Counted from the first letter of the stretch, positions 1 through 9,721 are shown. The stretch is DNA of 64,000 nucleotides from Candidatus Woesearchaeota archaeon (GCA_043818175.1 JBDRGA010000016.1:14003-78002), one strand, 5' to 3'. The notes: generated from the sequence alone by a model not told the origin. Translations and numbers: made by a program.

Positions 1-935
1 AGCCCGGAAACAGGTGCATTTCCTGAGAATCCACCAAGGATTGTTGCGTGCCCCACCCAACCTTCCAAAAGTCTAGCAAACAACTGTATGTTGGCAATGA
101 GCGCAGCAACAAGAATAACAGGAATGTTGCTTGTGTAGAGGAAACTAAGAGGCCAACGAACACCGTGACCCCTTACTCTGCCAAAACTGAGAGGAATTTC
201 CACTTTCATTCCGTTCACGTAGACAACAAATGCGAATACTGCAAGCGTGCTTATTATACTCGCCAGACTCAGATAGACACCAGTAGGATCCGCGCCAGAT
301 GTGATTCCTCTAATTAATTCAGGAACTGCCCCGGCAAATGCTTCGGGATTGTTCGAGGGATGCAGCCAGCTGAACATTCCGACAAAGATTGTCTGAGATA
401 CACCTGCAGCGATGAATAGGGAAATACCTGAACCAAATCCCCACTTACTGACGACTTCATCCATGAACATTATAAGTACACCACCAAGGAACAGCTGGAA
501 TATCAGTACAAACGAACTGAATCCTGCAGCAGGTGATAGACCACCCATTTGGACATAAACTATCGCTTCGAATATGACGAAGAACACGCTCAAAAGCTTC
601 TGAATTCCTGTGAAACGTGCCTTTCCCTCGTGACTTGTAAGGTCAAACTTCACCAAACCAGAGCCTTGCAGAAGTTGAAGCACGATTGAAGCAGTAACTA
701 TGGGTCCAATACCTAAGGAGATTATGCTTCCGAAGCTTGCTCCGAGAATTATACTCAGAAATTCGAATTGTTGCAACGCGTTCGCACCTAGACCATACAA
801 AGGTATCAATCCTAGAATAAAGAATGCAACAAGCATCAATATTGTCCACTTAAGCTTCGTCTTGAAACCAAGACGCCTTTGGCTCGGACCCTGTACTTCA
901 GGGAGATTCGTCAGGATCGTGTCAAGAAATCCCAT
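1..935 (-). CDS. secY: Preprotein translocase SecY, 5' part of the gene (C-terminus lies beyond the window start)
   Basis: Reverse-complement translation from the ATG at 935 gives MGFLDTILTNLPEVQGP...RLGFKTKLKWTILMLVAFFILGLIPLYGLG with many TM segments, a typical archaeal SecY N-terminus. It sits directly downstream of L15, as in the conserved archaeal operon. The frame is open to position 1. Confidence 0.88.
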   Translation of the reverse strand, partial: MGFLDTILTNLPEVQGPSQRRLGFKTKLKWTILMLVAFFILGLIPLYGLGANALQQFEFLSIILGASFGSIISLGIGPIVTASIVLQLLQGSGLVKFDLTSHEGKARFTGIQKLLSVFFVIFEAIVYVQMGGLSPAAGFSSFVLIFQLFLGGVLIMFMDEVVSKWGFGSGISLFIAAGVSQTIFVGMFSWLHPSNNPEAFAGAVPELIRGITSGADPTGVYLSLASIISTLAVFAFVVYVNGMKVEIPLSFGRVRGHGVRWPLSFLYTSNIPVILVAALIANIQLFARLLEGWVGHATILGGFSGNAPVSG

Positions 936-937
936 GA

Positions 938-1387
938 CTATTCGCCTTCTGGCTTGTTCTTTAAGGTTACGGTTCCACCCGCCTTCTTGACCTTTTCAAT
1001 GGCAAGTGGAGTTGCTGAATCTACAGTTATATCGTATGCCTTCGTAACTGCACCCTTACTCAGAAGCTTATCATAACCTAATTTCTTAAGGTCTATTACA
1101 ATGGACTTACCAGTCATCGACGCCTTTCCAGACTTGATGAGGGATTCTGCACTGGACTCTATCCAGAACAAATTTATTGAAAACACAGAAACGGCATTCT
1201 GGCGTTTGAAACCTCGCTTTCCTACTGGCTCCTTCCAGAAGCTCGGCTTCTTGGCGTCTCCTTTCTTACCCGAGCCTGCTCTGCCCCTTCCACCTCTGTT
1301 TCCTGCGCCCCTGCGCTTCTTCATCGCGCCGCCACCGTGGGTCTTACTTCCTCTGTACTTCGTGACTTTTTTTCGTTTGAAAGCCAT
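938..1387 (-). CDS. rpl15: 50S ribosomal protein uL15
   Basis: 149 aa; KYRGSKTHGGG...GAGNRGGRGRAG glycine/arginine-rich L15 signature; position between L30 and SecY. Confidence 0.9.
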   Translation of the reverse strand: MAFKRKKVTKYRGSKTHGGGAMKKRRGAGNRGGRGRAGSGKKGDAKKPSFWKEPVGKRGFKRQNAVSVFSINLFWIESSAESLIKSGKASMTGKSIVIDLKKLGYDKLLSKGAVTKAYDITVDSATPLAIEKVKKAGGTVTLKNKPEGE

Positions 1388-1734
1388 CAGAGCATCCTCC
1401 CAATCAGTTCATTCATCTTGTCTCTTCTGTTACCAAGGGCACCACCAGAGGAATATGGCTTCTTAATTCCCTTTCTCTCGAATCCCTTTCGTGGGGGTGG
1501 CATTCCGTAATAATTTTCTTTTTTGAATTTACTCTTGTCCAATGCGTCCTTTGTTTCCTGGCTTATCTCGCCATAAGTGATATAATCCTTCACAATCTGG
1601 AGCATTCCCCTGACTTCGGGAGTATCTGATAGAACAACCAATGTGTGTTTTCTCCTGAGACGTAGAAGGTGAAGTGTCCTCTTTATGCCTACTTCTATAT
1701 TTATTGGGCCGCGCACAAGGAGTGCTGCTATCAT
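1387..1734 (-). CDS. rpl30: 50S ribosomal protein uL30
   Basis: MIAALLVRGPINIEVGIKRTLHLLRLRRKHTLVV... is an L30/L7 ferredoxin-like fold. The track ORF starts at 1767 and would overlap S5, so I took the internal Met at about 1734 as the start. Confidence 0.82.
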   Translation of the reverse strand: MIAALLVRGPINIEVGIKRTLHLLRLRRKHTLVVLSDTPEVRGMLQIVKDYITYGEISQETKDALDKSKFKKENYYGMPPPRKGFERKGIKKPYSSGGALGNRRDKMNELIGRML

Positions 1735-1741
1735 TGTTCCA

Positions 1742-2524
1742 TTACTGGGCTTCTTCGGTGCTGCCATGGTTTTCCTTCCTGCTTCCCTCTAGGACACTTA
1801 AGCGCTCAATATGTTCGGGCTTGAGCTTTGTTGTGCTGAGCTTCTTTAGTGCATCCACTAGAGCATATATCATGTTAATCCTGTTCTTGGTCTGGCCATA
1901 ACTCTTGCTCCAGACATTTTCAATGCCTGCAAGTTTTAGGACCTTTGCGCAGTCCTTTTCTGCAACGAGCCCCTTTCCTTTGGGAGCAGGCATTAGGACT
2001 ATGCGTACCGAACCACACTTACCTTCCACTTTGAATGGAATTGTGTGCGCGTCTGTCGTGTTATCATCCCACGCACCATTTCCCCTTCTGATCTTGATTA
2101 TGTTCAGCTTTGCACGGCGCATTGCCTTCTCGCGGGCAGGCACTGTTTCCTTTGCCTTTCCTACACCAACACCAACGTGACCATTCTTGTCTCCAACAAC
2201 GGCCATGGTGCTAAACTTGGGCTTGTTGCCTTCCATTGTTTTCTTCTGCGTCTGCTTGAATATTCTTCTCTGGCCGCCTCCAAACTTACCTCTACTTTGA
2301 CCTATAAGCAGCAAATCGGATTCCAGCTGAAGAAGCTCATCGACCATCTCCGGCTCGAGAATCGTGAGTCCTCTATCCAGAATTTCGTCAATGTCAGTTA
2401 TGAGTTTTGCCTTGACTTTCTTTCCCAATTCAGTCTTAGGCTTCCACTCTGGAGCTGGCTCTGTAGCCCTGGGTTGCCGGGGTTGCCTGTCCTGTCTTGA
2501 TTTTTCTCTTGCCATAATATTCAC
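1742..2524 (-). CDS. rps5: 30S ribosomal protein uS5
   Basis: 260 aa; S5 dsRBD and C-terminal domain (GKFGGGQRR..., VGVGVGKAKE, GKCGSVRIVLMPAPKG). Confidence 0.9.
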   Translation of the reverse strand: MNIMAREKSRQDRQPRQPRATEPAPEWKPKTELGKKVKAKLITDIDEILDRGLTILEPEMVDELLQLESDLLLIGQSRGKFGGGQRRIFKQTQKKTMEGNKPKFSTMAVVGDKNGHVGVGVGKAKETVPAREKAMRRAKLNIIKIRRGNGAWDDNTTDAHTIPFKVEGKCGSVRIVLMPAPKGKGLVAEKDCAKVLKLAGIENVWSKSYGQTKNRINMIYALVDALKKLSTTKLKPEHIERLSVLEGSRKENHGSTEEAQ

Positions 2525-3072
2525 CGTGCGAGCGCGCTCTTGATGCGCGACACTTCCTTTTCGATTTCTGAAGGATCCGCCTTTAATTTCGCGTAACCTG
2601 TGAAAGGGTCCTTGTTCTTGATGAAATGTGCCGAAATGTGTTTTCCGTTTATCCTTTCATCGGGTGGCACAATAGTATTGTCTACTCTAACTGTGAAGTG
2701 CTCTCCCGCACCCTTTGCAACAGCATATAGTTTACTGCCTTTGATTGGTACTTGGAGTCCAAGGTCAAGAATGACATCGTTTACTTTTCCCTTTGCCTTT
2801 GCTCCCAAAGCATACCCTACAAGATACGCAGCAGGAGTGTTCTTGCAGGAATACTTCCAACCGTGCTTCTTCAGTAGCATGCTGTTTGCGGCAGCGATGA
2901 CTTTGTCTCCATCCGGAAGGTACTGAACAATCTGTACTATTATCTGTTGATTTGTCTTACGAATTACCATTCTGGGCAGTCCGCTTTTGAGAAGAGCCAA
3001 TCTCTTCTTGTAATTCGTCTTGCCTTCTCTCTTTCTTCGATATGGTACAACGTGAGTAGTGTGACTAGCCAT
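2521..3072 (-). CDS. rpl18: 50S ribosomal protein uL18
   Basis: 183 aa; the N-terminus RRKREGKTNYKKRLALLKSGLPRMVIRKTN is a canonical L18/L5e start. Confidence 0.9.
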   Translation of the reverse strand: MASHTTHVVPYRRKREGKTNYKKRLALLKSGLPRMVIRKTNQQIIVQIVQYLPDGDKVIAAANSMLLKKHGWKYSCKNTPAAYLVGYALGAKAKGKVNDVILDLGLQVPIKGSKLYAVAKGAGEHFTVRVDNTIVPPDERINGKHISAHFIKNKDPFTGYAKLKADPSEIEKEVSRIKSALAR

Positions 3073-3610
3073 CCTTTTTCACCTCTTCCTTGAATTTACT
3101 TGTTTTCTTTTTGACAGGAACGGCCTGTGTTTTCTTCGCGACAGGAGACTTGCTCACTCCTTGCTTGATTAGTATGTTGTTCTCTTCAACGTAAAGCTTG
3201 AGGTGTCTTCTGCTACGGAAGAAGCCCCCTTTGGCGCGATTAAGCAACAGTCTGGCATTCTGCCTTGAAACATGTCCATTGTCCCTTAATGCGCGTATGA
3301 ATGCTCTCTGAAGCCTCAACCTGTTTATCCAAGTGTCCTTCCTGTTTGTGCGGGCATTATCAGTTCCCTTTCTGCTTCCCCTTGATTTTTGAAGACCTTT
3401 TGCCTTCTGCCTCTTCGTCTTCCTGGCGCGTGACCTGCTCACACCCTTGACAGGCAGCGCAGTTACTGCTTTCTCCCCAATCAAACCTCTTAAGTCAGTC
3501 TTGGTTATCGCTTCCTTAACATCATTCAATCGAGACTGGTCAAACCTGACACGCTTCTCACTCACACCAAGCAATGTAGCTGCAAGCCTTCTTTGAACGG
3601 TGAGTTTCAT
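3065..3610 (-). CDS. rpl19e: 50S ribosomal protein eL19
   Basis: 181 aa; MKLTVQRRLAATLLGVSEKRVRFD...IRALRDNGH is an L19e signature. This is an archaea/eukaryote-specific r-protein. Confidence 0.9.
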   Translation of the reverse strand: MKLTVQRRLAATLLGVSEKRVRFDQSRLNDVKEAITKTDLRGLIGEKAVTALPVKGVSRSRARKTKRQKAKGLQKSRGSRKGTDNARTNRKDTWINRLRLQRAFIRALRDNGHVSRQNARLLLNRAKGGFFRSRRHLKLYVEENNILIKQGVSKSPVAKKTQAVPVKKKTSKFKEEVKKDG

Positions 3611-4218
3611 TGTGACCTCTTTGTTAGCAGTTTATCCTTCTCTGCTTTCTCGAGTTTCTTCTTCTCGTCGGGATCCTCTTCCACGGGCTTCTCAGATTCC
3701 TTCTTCTGCGAAGTCTTCTTTTCTGCTTCCTTCTTCTCTGCCTCTTTCTTCTCTGTCTCTTTCTCCCGCTTTGCCTTGTCTACTTTCTTTGCCTTCCTGG
3801 CTTTCTGCCTTTCTTGAACTAGCTTGAACTTCTCATCGAGTCCTTGTGCATTCAGCAGCGTAATACCAAGCTTCAAAGCAGCATCCCTTATTGCTATCTT
3901 GTTCTTGATGCTGACACATCCAGCTATGATGACGACCTGCATTTTGGCATCAATTACCTGCAGGTCTTTGAGTGTACTGACGTGCTTCACAACTTTTCCA
4001 TCCTGAGTCATTCCCCTTATTGCGGAGGGACTGCCCCAGCCATCCTTGACTACCCTGCGATATCCTCTCTTCTCAAGCCGCATCTTATTATGCAGACCTC
4101 TTGGTTCTCTCCACTTCTTGGCGAGTTTCACCTTCTTGTGTCCATCTGCACGCAGGAACGAAGGCTTTCTCTTCTTTACCTTCTTCCGTTCTTCCAAGAG
4201 TTGTTTGGTGGTTGTCAT
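3607..4218 (-). CDS. rpl32e: 50S ribosomal protein eL32 with a long Lys/Glu-rich C-terminal extension
   Basis: 203 aa; L32e core (KRKPSFLRADGHKKVKLAKKWREPRGLHNKMR) followed by a ~70-aa tail carrying EKKEAEKKEAEKK repeats. Confidence 0.85.
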   Translation of the reverse strand: MTTTKQLLEERKKVKKRKPSFLRADGHKKVKLAKKWREPRGLHNKMRLEKRGYRRVVKDGWGSPSAIRGMTQDGKVVKHVSTLKDLQVIDAKMQVVIIAGCVSIKNKIAIRDAALKLGITLLNAQGLDEKFKLVQERQKARKAKKVDKAKREKETEKKEAEKKEAEKKTSQKKESEKPVEEDPDEKKKLEKAEKDKLLTKRSQ

Positions 4219-4772
4219 TGTGCTATTGTCTTGCCGTCCTTCTCTGTGATGTATATTCCGTCCTGAAATATTCTTGCGTCAAAATTTGGTCTTCTCGTGA
4301 GTTGCTCTATCCTTGCTGCAGCATCACCGACCTTTTCTTTGTCTATTCCTTCTGCAATAATCATATCTCCTTCAATCTTGACGCTAACTCCTTCAGGTAT
4401 TGTTGTGGTTCTGGGAACCTTTTCTCCGATGAAATTCTTAATCTCCAAATTCTGACCTTTGATTGTCACGCTCATCGGGAAGTGTCCTGAGCATATCTTG
4501 AGCTTGTACAAATGACCTTCTGTTACTCCCTTTGCCATGTTGCGAAGGTGCGCCGCATAAGTTCTGATTAACTTCTTTTCTCTCTGGGTCTGTTTCTTGG
4601 GCTTCAGGTGCACGACACTGCCCGCAACACTTATCAACACAGAGGGATTAGATAGGTTCCTCGTTACCGTTCCTTTGGGACCTTTGAAAGTCATGACTCC
4701 TACAGAAACGCCCACTTCCACAGCAGGTGGGAACGTTATGTCAAGGTCCATGCGCTTCTTTCTCTCTTCCAT
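4215..4772 (-). CDS. rpl6: 50S ribosomal protein uL6
   Basis: Two L6 alpha/beta repeats (VTFKGPKGTVTR..., VSVTIKGQNLEIKNFIGEK). The track start at 4790 overlaps S8, so I preferred the internal Met at about 4772. Confidence 0.88.
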   Translation of the reverse strand: MEERKKRMDLDITFPPAVEVGVSVGVMTFKGPKGTVTRNLSNPSVLISVAGSVVHLKPKKQTQREKKLIRTYAAHLRNMAKGVTEGHLYKLKICSGHFPMSVTIKGQNLEIKNFIGEKVPRTTTIPEGVSVKIEGDMIIAEGIDKEKVGDAAARIEQLTRRPNFDARIFQDGIYITEKDGKTIAQ

Positions 4773-4773
4773 T

Positions 4774-5166
4774 TTAGTAGCAGTAGGCAATCAACCTACC
4801 TCCAAGATTCTGTTCTTTCGCCTTTTCATGAGTTAATAGTCCCTTACTTGTTGATACTAATATTATTCCAAAACCCTTCGCGGGAAGGTAACGTTTCTCG
4901 AACTTCACGAATTCATCAGACTTCACACTATACCTCGGCTTAATAACACCACACTGGTTAACACCACCAAGCAGATTTATCGTGATTGTTTTGCCTCCAG
5001 GTACTGCAGTTTCTTCATGACTGCCCAAGTATCCGTGTTCCTGCAGCAAAGCGAGAACTTGCTTGATCAACTTGCCTGTGCTTCGTGTGGTAACTGACTG
5101 TTTGCCTTCATGCTCCGCATTGTTGATGTGCGAAAGCACGTTTGCGAGTGGATCATTCAGTGTCAT
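4774..5166 (-). CDS. rps8: 30S ribosomal protein uS8
   Basis: 130 aa; MTLNDPLANVLSHINNAEHEGK... and the C-terminal GGRLIAYCY are typical S8. Confidence 0.9.
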   Translation of the reverse strand: MTLNDPLANVLSHINNAEHEGKQSVTTRSTGKLIKQVLALLQEHGYLGSHEETAVPGGKTITINLLGGVNQCGVIKPRYSVKSDEFVKFEKRYLPAKGFGIILVSTSKGLLTHEKAKEQNLGGRLIAYCY

Positions 5167-5177
5167 TTTGTTTACCC

Positions 5178-5408
5178 TCAGCTATATTTCTTGAATCCTA
5201 TCTGGCTTGCCACTTCCCTAAAGCACTGTCTGCATATCTTCAAACCGTACTTCTGGATGTGGGCCGCAGTTCTGCCGCAGCGCAGGCATTCGTGAGCTTT
5301 CCTTCCAAATGCACGTTCTTTGGGAACGTTGTACTTCTTGTGACGCAGCACCTTGCTCGGCTTGTGGCCAATCTGCTTCATTACTTTATCATGCCTTGAG
5401 TATGTCAT
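5178..5408 (-). CDS. rps14: 30S ribosomal protein uS14 (zinc-binding type)
   Basis: Small basic protein with CLRCGR...CRQCFRE, the two CxxC pairs of archaeal S14; located between L5 and S8. Confidence 0.85.
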   Translation of the reverse strand: MTYSRHDKVMKQIGHKPSKVLRHKKYNVPKERAFGRKAHECLRCGRTAAHIQKYGLKICRQCFREVASQIGFKKYS

Positions 5409-5923
5409 TCTGCGTCACCCACTGTTATTTTGTAATGTTTCTTGAAGTAATCAATTGCATTTTCTCTTGTTATCTGGTGTTTCCTGCTGATTCTTGTTTT
5501 CTTAATCTTGCGTCTCTTGATTCTGAAGCCTGGCCTTTCCAAAGTTACGGAGACCTGGAGTCCCAAAATTCCAAGCTTGGGATCGTACTTCACACCTGGA
5601 ATGTCTATGTACTCTTTAATTCCGAAGCTTACATTTCCGAAATCATCAAAGCAAGGAGTGTCAAGGATGTTCTCTCTTGCCTGAACTAGGCGAGTCAGCA
5701 TTTCGTGCGCTGGTGGGCCTCTAAGCGTAATCTTGCATCCGATGGGCAGTCCAGGTCTAAGGCCCCATGCGGCCAACCTTTTTTGGGTTACTGTCTTGAT
5801 AGGTGGAATGCCAGTTATGAGTTTAAGTAATTCTACTCCCTTGTTAAGAAGGGCCTGGTCCTTACCCGCACCGAAGTTAAGGGTGACCTTCGCTATCCTT
5901 ATTTCACGCATATTGTTTTCCAT
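5405..5923 (-). CDS. rpl5: 50S ribosomal protein uL5
   Basis: 172 aa; L5 motifs (NFGAGKDQ..., [16 protein letters not shown]). Confidence 0.9.
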   Translation of the reverse strand: MENNMREIRIAKVTLNFGAGKDQALLNKGVELLKLITGIPPIKTVTQKRLAAWGLRPGLPIGCKITLRGPPAHEMLTRLVQARENILDTPCFDDFGNVSFGIKEYIDIPGVKYDPKLGILGLQVSVTLERPGFRIKRRKIKKTRISRKHQITRENAIDYFKKHYKITVGDAE

Positions 5924-5925
5924 CT

Positions 5926-6618
5926 TTATTCGAGCTTGACGCTCGTCTTACCTGCCTTACCCACTACATGGGCAAAGGAAGTCGCTGTTTCGTATTCGTC
6001 GTTGCCGTGTTTGAACCGTATCATTTCTTCTTCTATCTTGACAATTGTGCCTATCCGGCCCGCGTACCTTCCAGCAGTCAGCAGAATCGCTGCGTTCTGT
6101 TCGAAAGGAAGCACCTCTTGCACTTTCTGGTCTGGAACTGTAATTAGCATCGTGTCACCAACTTTGACAGTTTCTTTGCCAAGCAAAAGAGTTCTGCCAT
6201 CTGATAAGCCCACTTGAATCTTTTTACCTCTGAGCATCACTTTTGATTTTACTCTAAGAGGCTTCAGGTTTGCTTCCTTTGTTGATATTTCCAATAAGTC
6301 AAGCTTCGCCCTTGCATTGAGTATTAACCTATACTGTTTGTTCAGAGCGGGGAAGCTCAGTACATCCATGAGTCCTACTTGTGCCTTTTCATCATACATC
6401 GGCTTTCCATCCTTGTGAACTTGCTTGTTGTGAAGCATGAACTTGACTTCCTTAGTTGTCCTGGCAAGCCCCAGAACTTCCTTAAGTGCTGTATTAACAC
6501 TCATGGCCGTGTCAAAGGAGTGTCCTCCTGGAAGTGGCCTCGATATGAATTTTGATATCTTTCTTCGTACGTCCCACGTCCTGGGGGTGCTTATTCTTTT
6601 GAGGTGTGATTTTACCAT
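5926..6618 (-). CDS. rps4e: 30S ribosomal protein eS4
   Basis: 230 aa; S4e N-terminus (HLKRISTPRTWDVRRK) and KOW-like region; archaea/eukaryote-specific. Confidence 0.9.
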   Translation of the reverse strand: MVKSHLKRISTPRTWDVRRKISKFISRPLPGGHSFDTAMSVNTALKEVLGLARTTKEVKFMLHNKQVHKDGKPMYDEKAQVGLMDVLSFPALNKQYRLILNARAKLDLLEISTKEANLKPLRVKSKVMLRGKKIQVGLSDGRTLLLGKETVKVGDTMLITVPDQKVQEVLPFEQNAAILLTAGRYAGRIGTIVKIEEEMIRFKHGNDEYETATSFAHVVGKAGKTSVKLE

Positions 6619-6620
6619 GA

Positions 6621-7013
6621 TTATGCCTCTCTGGCGAGCTTCGCCTTCCTCTTCTTGTCGTCAAGGTTCAATTCTGTAATCATCATGTTGCTTGGATGGA
6701 TTCCCACTTGCACCTTTGAGCCGTCTCTCTTTGTCTGCTGTGCCTTGCCGAGGAACACTCGGGTCTCCTTTATGTCTACTCGCTCGACCTTCGCTTCTAT
6801 TCCTTTGAATGCACCACGAAGCACTTTCACCTTGTCACCTGTGCGAACCCTTATGTTTCGCATCTTATGCTTCTCACGGAGGAGTTTGCTAAGGTGGACT
6901 GACAGAAGATGCCCTTTAGTGTGGAGTGGCGCGTTGGCTGTGTACTTGCGCTGCTTCCTAGGTTGACTGCTTGCCTTCCATGCCGTGCTGAATTTTGCTT
7001 TCATCTCATACAA
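6621..7013 (-). CDS. rpl24: 50S ribosomal protein uL24
   Basis: 130 aa; KOW motif (RTGDKVKVLRGAFKGIEAKV). Confidence 0.88.
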   Translation of the reverse strand: MYEMKAKFSTAWKASSQPRKQRKYTANAPLHTKGHLLSVHLSKLLREKHKMRNIRVRTGDKVKVLRGAFKGIEAKVERVDIKETRVFLGKAQQTKRDGSKVQVGIHPSNMMITELNLDDKKRKAKLAREA

Positions 7014-7407
7014 TCGTACTCGCGACCTTTGCTATTGCAGGCCAGCGTGAGCACGCCTCCTTTGCTATTGGACCCTTGAAAATGGTCCCTTTGGGATTGC
7101 CCTTGTCATCCTTTAGGACAACAACAGCATTATCTTCGAATTTGATTCTGGTACCGTCTGCGCGCCTATACTCCTTCCTCTGGCGTACGATGATTGCGTG
7201 CACAACCTGCTTACGCATGTCCGGTCTGCCTTTCTTTACTGCCACCATCACCAGGTCGCCTACTCCTCCTGCGGGAATTCTTCCCTTTCTCGTATTATGA
7301 CCAACCACGCTAAATACCTTGACGACTTTCGCGCCAGAGTTATCACAGACATCAACCTGCGCCCCAACAGGTATTCCTCTTGTTACGCTCGCGCTTATGG
7401 CCTTCAT
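7006..7407 (-). CDS. rpl14: 50S ribosomal protein uL14
   Basis: 133 aa; L14 signature (VCDNSGAKVVKV..., GDLVMVAVKKGRPDMRK). Confidence 0.9.
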   Translation of the reverse strand: MKAISASVTRGIPVGAQVDVCDNSGAKVVKVFSVVGHNTRKGRIPAGGVGDLVMVAVKKGRPDMRKQVVHAIIVRQRKEYRRADGTRIKFEDNAVVVLKDDKGNPKGTIFKGPIAKEACSRWPAIAKVASTIV

Positions 7408-7685
7408 ACCTTTTCCACCTTGTTCACTATTTCTGTAACGATAAAGTGTTTTGTCTTGCTTATTGGTCTAGTTTCACATACTATGACCTTATCTCCTACT
7501 TTCGCATTGATTGACTCGGGATTGTGTGCTTTGATTCTGCTTCTGCGTTTCTCGAAACGTTCGAACTTGCTGATGTATTTGCGTCGCTCCCATTCTACTG
7601 TTACTGTGCGCGCCATCCTGTCTGCTATTACAGTACCTACTAGGGTCTTCCCGCGAGGGATTATGTTTTTCTTGGTTGGTGTCAT
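7404..7685 (-). CDS. rps17: 30S ribosomal protein uS17
   Basis: 93 aa; OB-fold S17 (GKTLVGTVIADRMARTVTVEWERRKYISKFERF). Confidence 0.88.
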   Translation of the reverse strand: MTPTKKNIIPRGKTLVGTVIADRMARTVTVEWERRKYISKFERFEKRRSRIKAHNPESINAKVGDKVIVCETRPISKTKHFIVTEIVNKVEKV

Positions 7686-7963
7686 ATTCTCTTGATCCTT
7701 TCTTCCGGACGATGCCGGATGTCATCACCCATTACTGTCGAAGTTCCTATGCGAAACACACCTCCCTTCTTCGGGAAGTGAATTTCACCCTCTTCAGTCC
7801 TGACGATGAACGTCTCCTTTGTTTCGTCGATGACTATGCCTTTGCTGCCCGCCAACTTTTGTGTTGGCGAGTCAATAACCTCAATCTGCAACCCAATGAA
7901 TGGGCGCTTGAGGTCACCTGACTTCGATTGTTTCCGGGGCGAATCCCAGTTTGACGAGCTCAT
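7682..7963 (-). CDS. rnp1: RNase P protein component 1 (Rpp29/Pop4 homolog)
   Basis: 93 aa; IGLQIEVIDSPTQKLAGSKGIVIDETKETFIVRT...HFPKKGGVF matches archaeal Rpp29 Sm-like barrels. It sits in the conserved position between L29/SUI1 and S17. Confidence 0.75.
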   Translation of the reverse strand: MSSSNWDSPRKQSKSGDLKRPFIGLQIEVIDSPTQKLAGSKGIVIDETKETFIVRTEEGEIHFPKKGGVFRIGTSTVMGDDIRHRPEERIKRI

Positions 7964-8222
7964 CTTTTATTTTGTTCCTGTGGTCTCCTTGTAATTCGAT
8001 GATTCCGCCCTTTGACGTTCCACCACATGCAAAGGTACCTTTCAGCTTCTTGGCGACATCCTTGATGTCGACTTCGTGCTTATTGATACCTTCAACAATC
8101 GTGTACGGCTTGCCAAACTTACGCTTGACGAGCTTTGCCTTGATTGTCTGGCCCTCTTTTGCGATTTGATCCCACGCGCCAAGGACCTTGGGCAAGCCTG
8201 TGATTGGGTCGATTTCCGTCAT
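7914..8222 (-). CDS. sui1: Translation initiation factor SUI1 (aIF1/eIF1 family)
   Basis: 102 aa; KAKLVKRKFGKPYTIVEGINKHEVDIKDVAKKLKGTFACGGT...IELQGDHRNKI is the SUI1 fold signature. Its 3' end overlaps the Rpp29 ORF by ~50 nt. Confidence 0.85.
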   Translation of the reverse strand: MTEIDPITGLPKVLGAWDQIAKEGQTIKAKLVKRKFGKPYTIVEGINKHEVDIKDVAKKLKGTFACGGTSKGGIIELQGDHRNKIKDELVKLGFAPETIEVR

Positions 8223-8425
8223 GCTTGTTCGCCCGTCACCTCCTTGTTTTTCTGTGCTGTTCTTATCTGCGCTATTGTGCGCTTGATTAACTTAATCTGG
8301 TTTGGATTCTTTGGAGGAGTTCCTGTGCTGGACTGTGCCTGTAGTTTCATCAAATCCATCTTCAGTTCCTGCTCTTTCTTGACGAGCGCTTCATCATTCA
8401 TCCTCGAAATATCCTGGAACTTCAT
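8219..8425 (-). CDS. rpl29: 50S ribosomal protein uL29
   Basis: 68 aa helical protein, L29-like (ALVKKEQELKMDLMKLQAQ); between S3 and SUI1. Confidence 0.82.
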   Translation of the reverse strand: MKFQDISRMNDEALVKKEQELKMDLMKLQAQSSTGTPPKNPNQIKLIKRTIAQIRTAQKNKEVTGEQA

Positions 8426-9216
8426 GAGCCCTCCGTGGCGTCTTCATTTTTCACGGATTTCTTTGTTGATTTCTTAGCGGCCTTCTTTGCTGATTTTTTT
8501 GCTTCTTTCTTTTCTGGTTTTTCTTTGACAGCGACTTCTGGTGCTTCCGTTGAACCGCTGTCTTCAGCTACTAATGCAGCTACTTTCTGAACTGGTTCCT
8601 CCAGCTCTGCTATGACCGCTTCAACGTTAACATGTATTCTGTCTGGAAGTATTGTGCCTGGAGGCATTATACTTACTTTAACGCCAACGGTTCCTGCCTT
8701 GAGTTTTGCTGTGGCGTATGCTCTGTTGACTCCTGTAAGAGCAACGTCTCCTGCCTTCTTGAGGTATCCCTTGGCAAATCTCCAGGACTTTGCTCTTGCA
8801 CCTGGAATCTTTCCTTTTATTATGATTTCAACACCTTGCGCTCCCGCATTCATGACTTCTGAAAGGTACTTGTGACCAACACCTTTGAACCTGTTCGTGC
8901 CAAAGCGTTCAAGACTCGATGCGATGAGTTCTGCAATTATGTTTGCGTCCAAACCCACGTTCTGAACTTCCTCTATCTCTATCTGTGGGTTTTCCAGCTT
9001 GAATTCTTCTTTTAGTTGTCTTGTCAGCCTGCTTATGTTGCTTCCTGCCCTTCCAACAACCAGACCAGGCCTGCTTGCCGAGATTACTATCTTCTCACCC
9101 AAGGGCGTTTTCTGGAGCTTGACTGTGCTCAGCCCTACCCTGCCCAAACTGGCTTTCACGAATTCTGTAATTCTAAACTCATTCAAGTTGTCCTGTATGA
9201 ATTTGCGCTCGATCAT
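8422..9216 (-). CDS. rps3: 30S ribosomal protein uS3 with a Lys-rich C-terminal tail
   Basis: 264 aa; KH domain and S3 C-terminal domain, ending in a KKEAKKSAKKAAKKSTKKSVK tail. Confidence 0.9.
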   Translation of the reverse strand: MIERKFIQDNLNEFRITEFVKASLGRVGLSTVKLQKTPLGEKIVISASRPGLVVGRAGSNISRLTRQLKEEFKLENPQIEIEEVQNVGLDANIIAELIASSLERFGTNRFKGVGHKYLSEVMNAGAQGVEIIIKGKIPGARAKSWRFAKGYLKKAGDVALTGVNRAYATAKLKAGTVGVKVSIMPPGTILPDRIHVNVEAVIAELEEPVQKVAALVAEDSGSTEAPEVAVKEKPEKKEAKKSAKKAAKKSTKKSVKNEDATEGS

Positions 9217-9719
9217 TTCTTGGTCTCCGTCTGCACTTTTTGTTCAATTGATTTCTTTGGTGCTTCTTTCTTTTCCTTCTTGGGCTTGGCTTCACCCAAC
9301 GCAATCTCAATATGTGTTCTCTTTGAAATCCTTCTTGAATGTCTACCGAACTTCATGCTCCTGGTGCCGTGTTGAGCTCTGGCATGAATTATGACTAGGT
9401 TTTTTCCAAGCCCCTTAACTTGGGCGTTTGCTTCCGCGCTTGACAAGATCTTCAGTATTGCTGTTGCCGCTTTAACTGGATATCTTCCCATTCCAATGCC
9501 TGGCTTGTGAGATGCGCCCTCACTGAATCGATTGTACCTTATTGGTGCGTCCTGTGTCATCGCGCCTTCCAACATCTTCTTTGCACGGGCAACTGGTTTC
9601 TTCCTTATGGCATCACATATCTCGATACTATCTTTCGTGCTTATTCCCATATCTACACCCAGCGCTTTGGCAAGGGGTACGTCGGGTTTCTCGTTCAAGC
9701 TGTATCCATATTTTGCCAT
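9213..9719 (-). CDS. rpl22: 50S ribosomal protein uL22
   Basis: 168 aa; L22 fold (AKYGYSLNEKPD..., KNLVIIHARAQHG) with a Lys-rich C-terminus. Confidence 0.88.
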   Translation of the reverse strand: MAKYGYSLNEKPDVPLAKALGVDMGISTKDSIEICDAIRKKPVARAKKMLEGAMTQDAPIRYNRFSEGASHKPGIGMGRYPVKAATAILKILSSAEANAQVKGLGKNLVIIHARAQHGTRSMKFGRHSRRISKRTHIEIALGEAKPKKEKKEAPKKSIEQKVQTETKK

Positions 9720-9721
9720 TA

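Noticed and set aside
48-1076. Plus-strand ORFs (48-317, 700-990, 879-1076) inside the SecY region
   Set aside because: They lie antisense to a clearly recognisable SecY reading frame and encode low-complexity sequences. I treat them as shadow ORFs.
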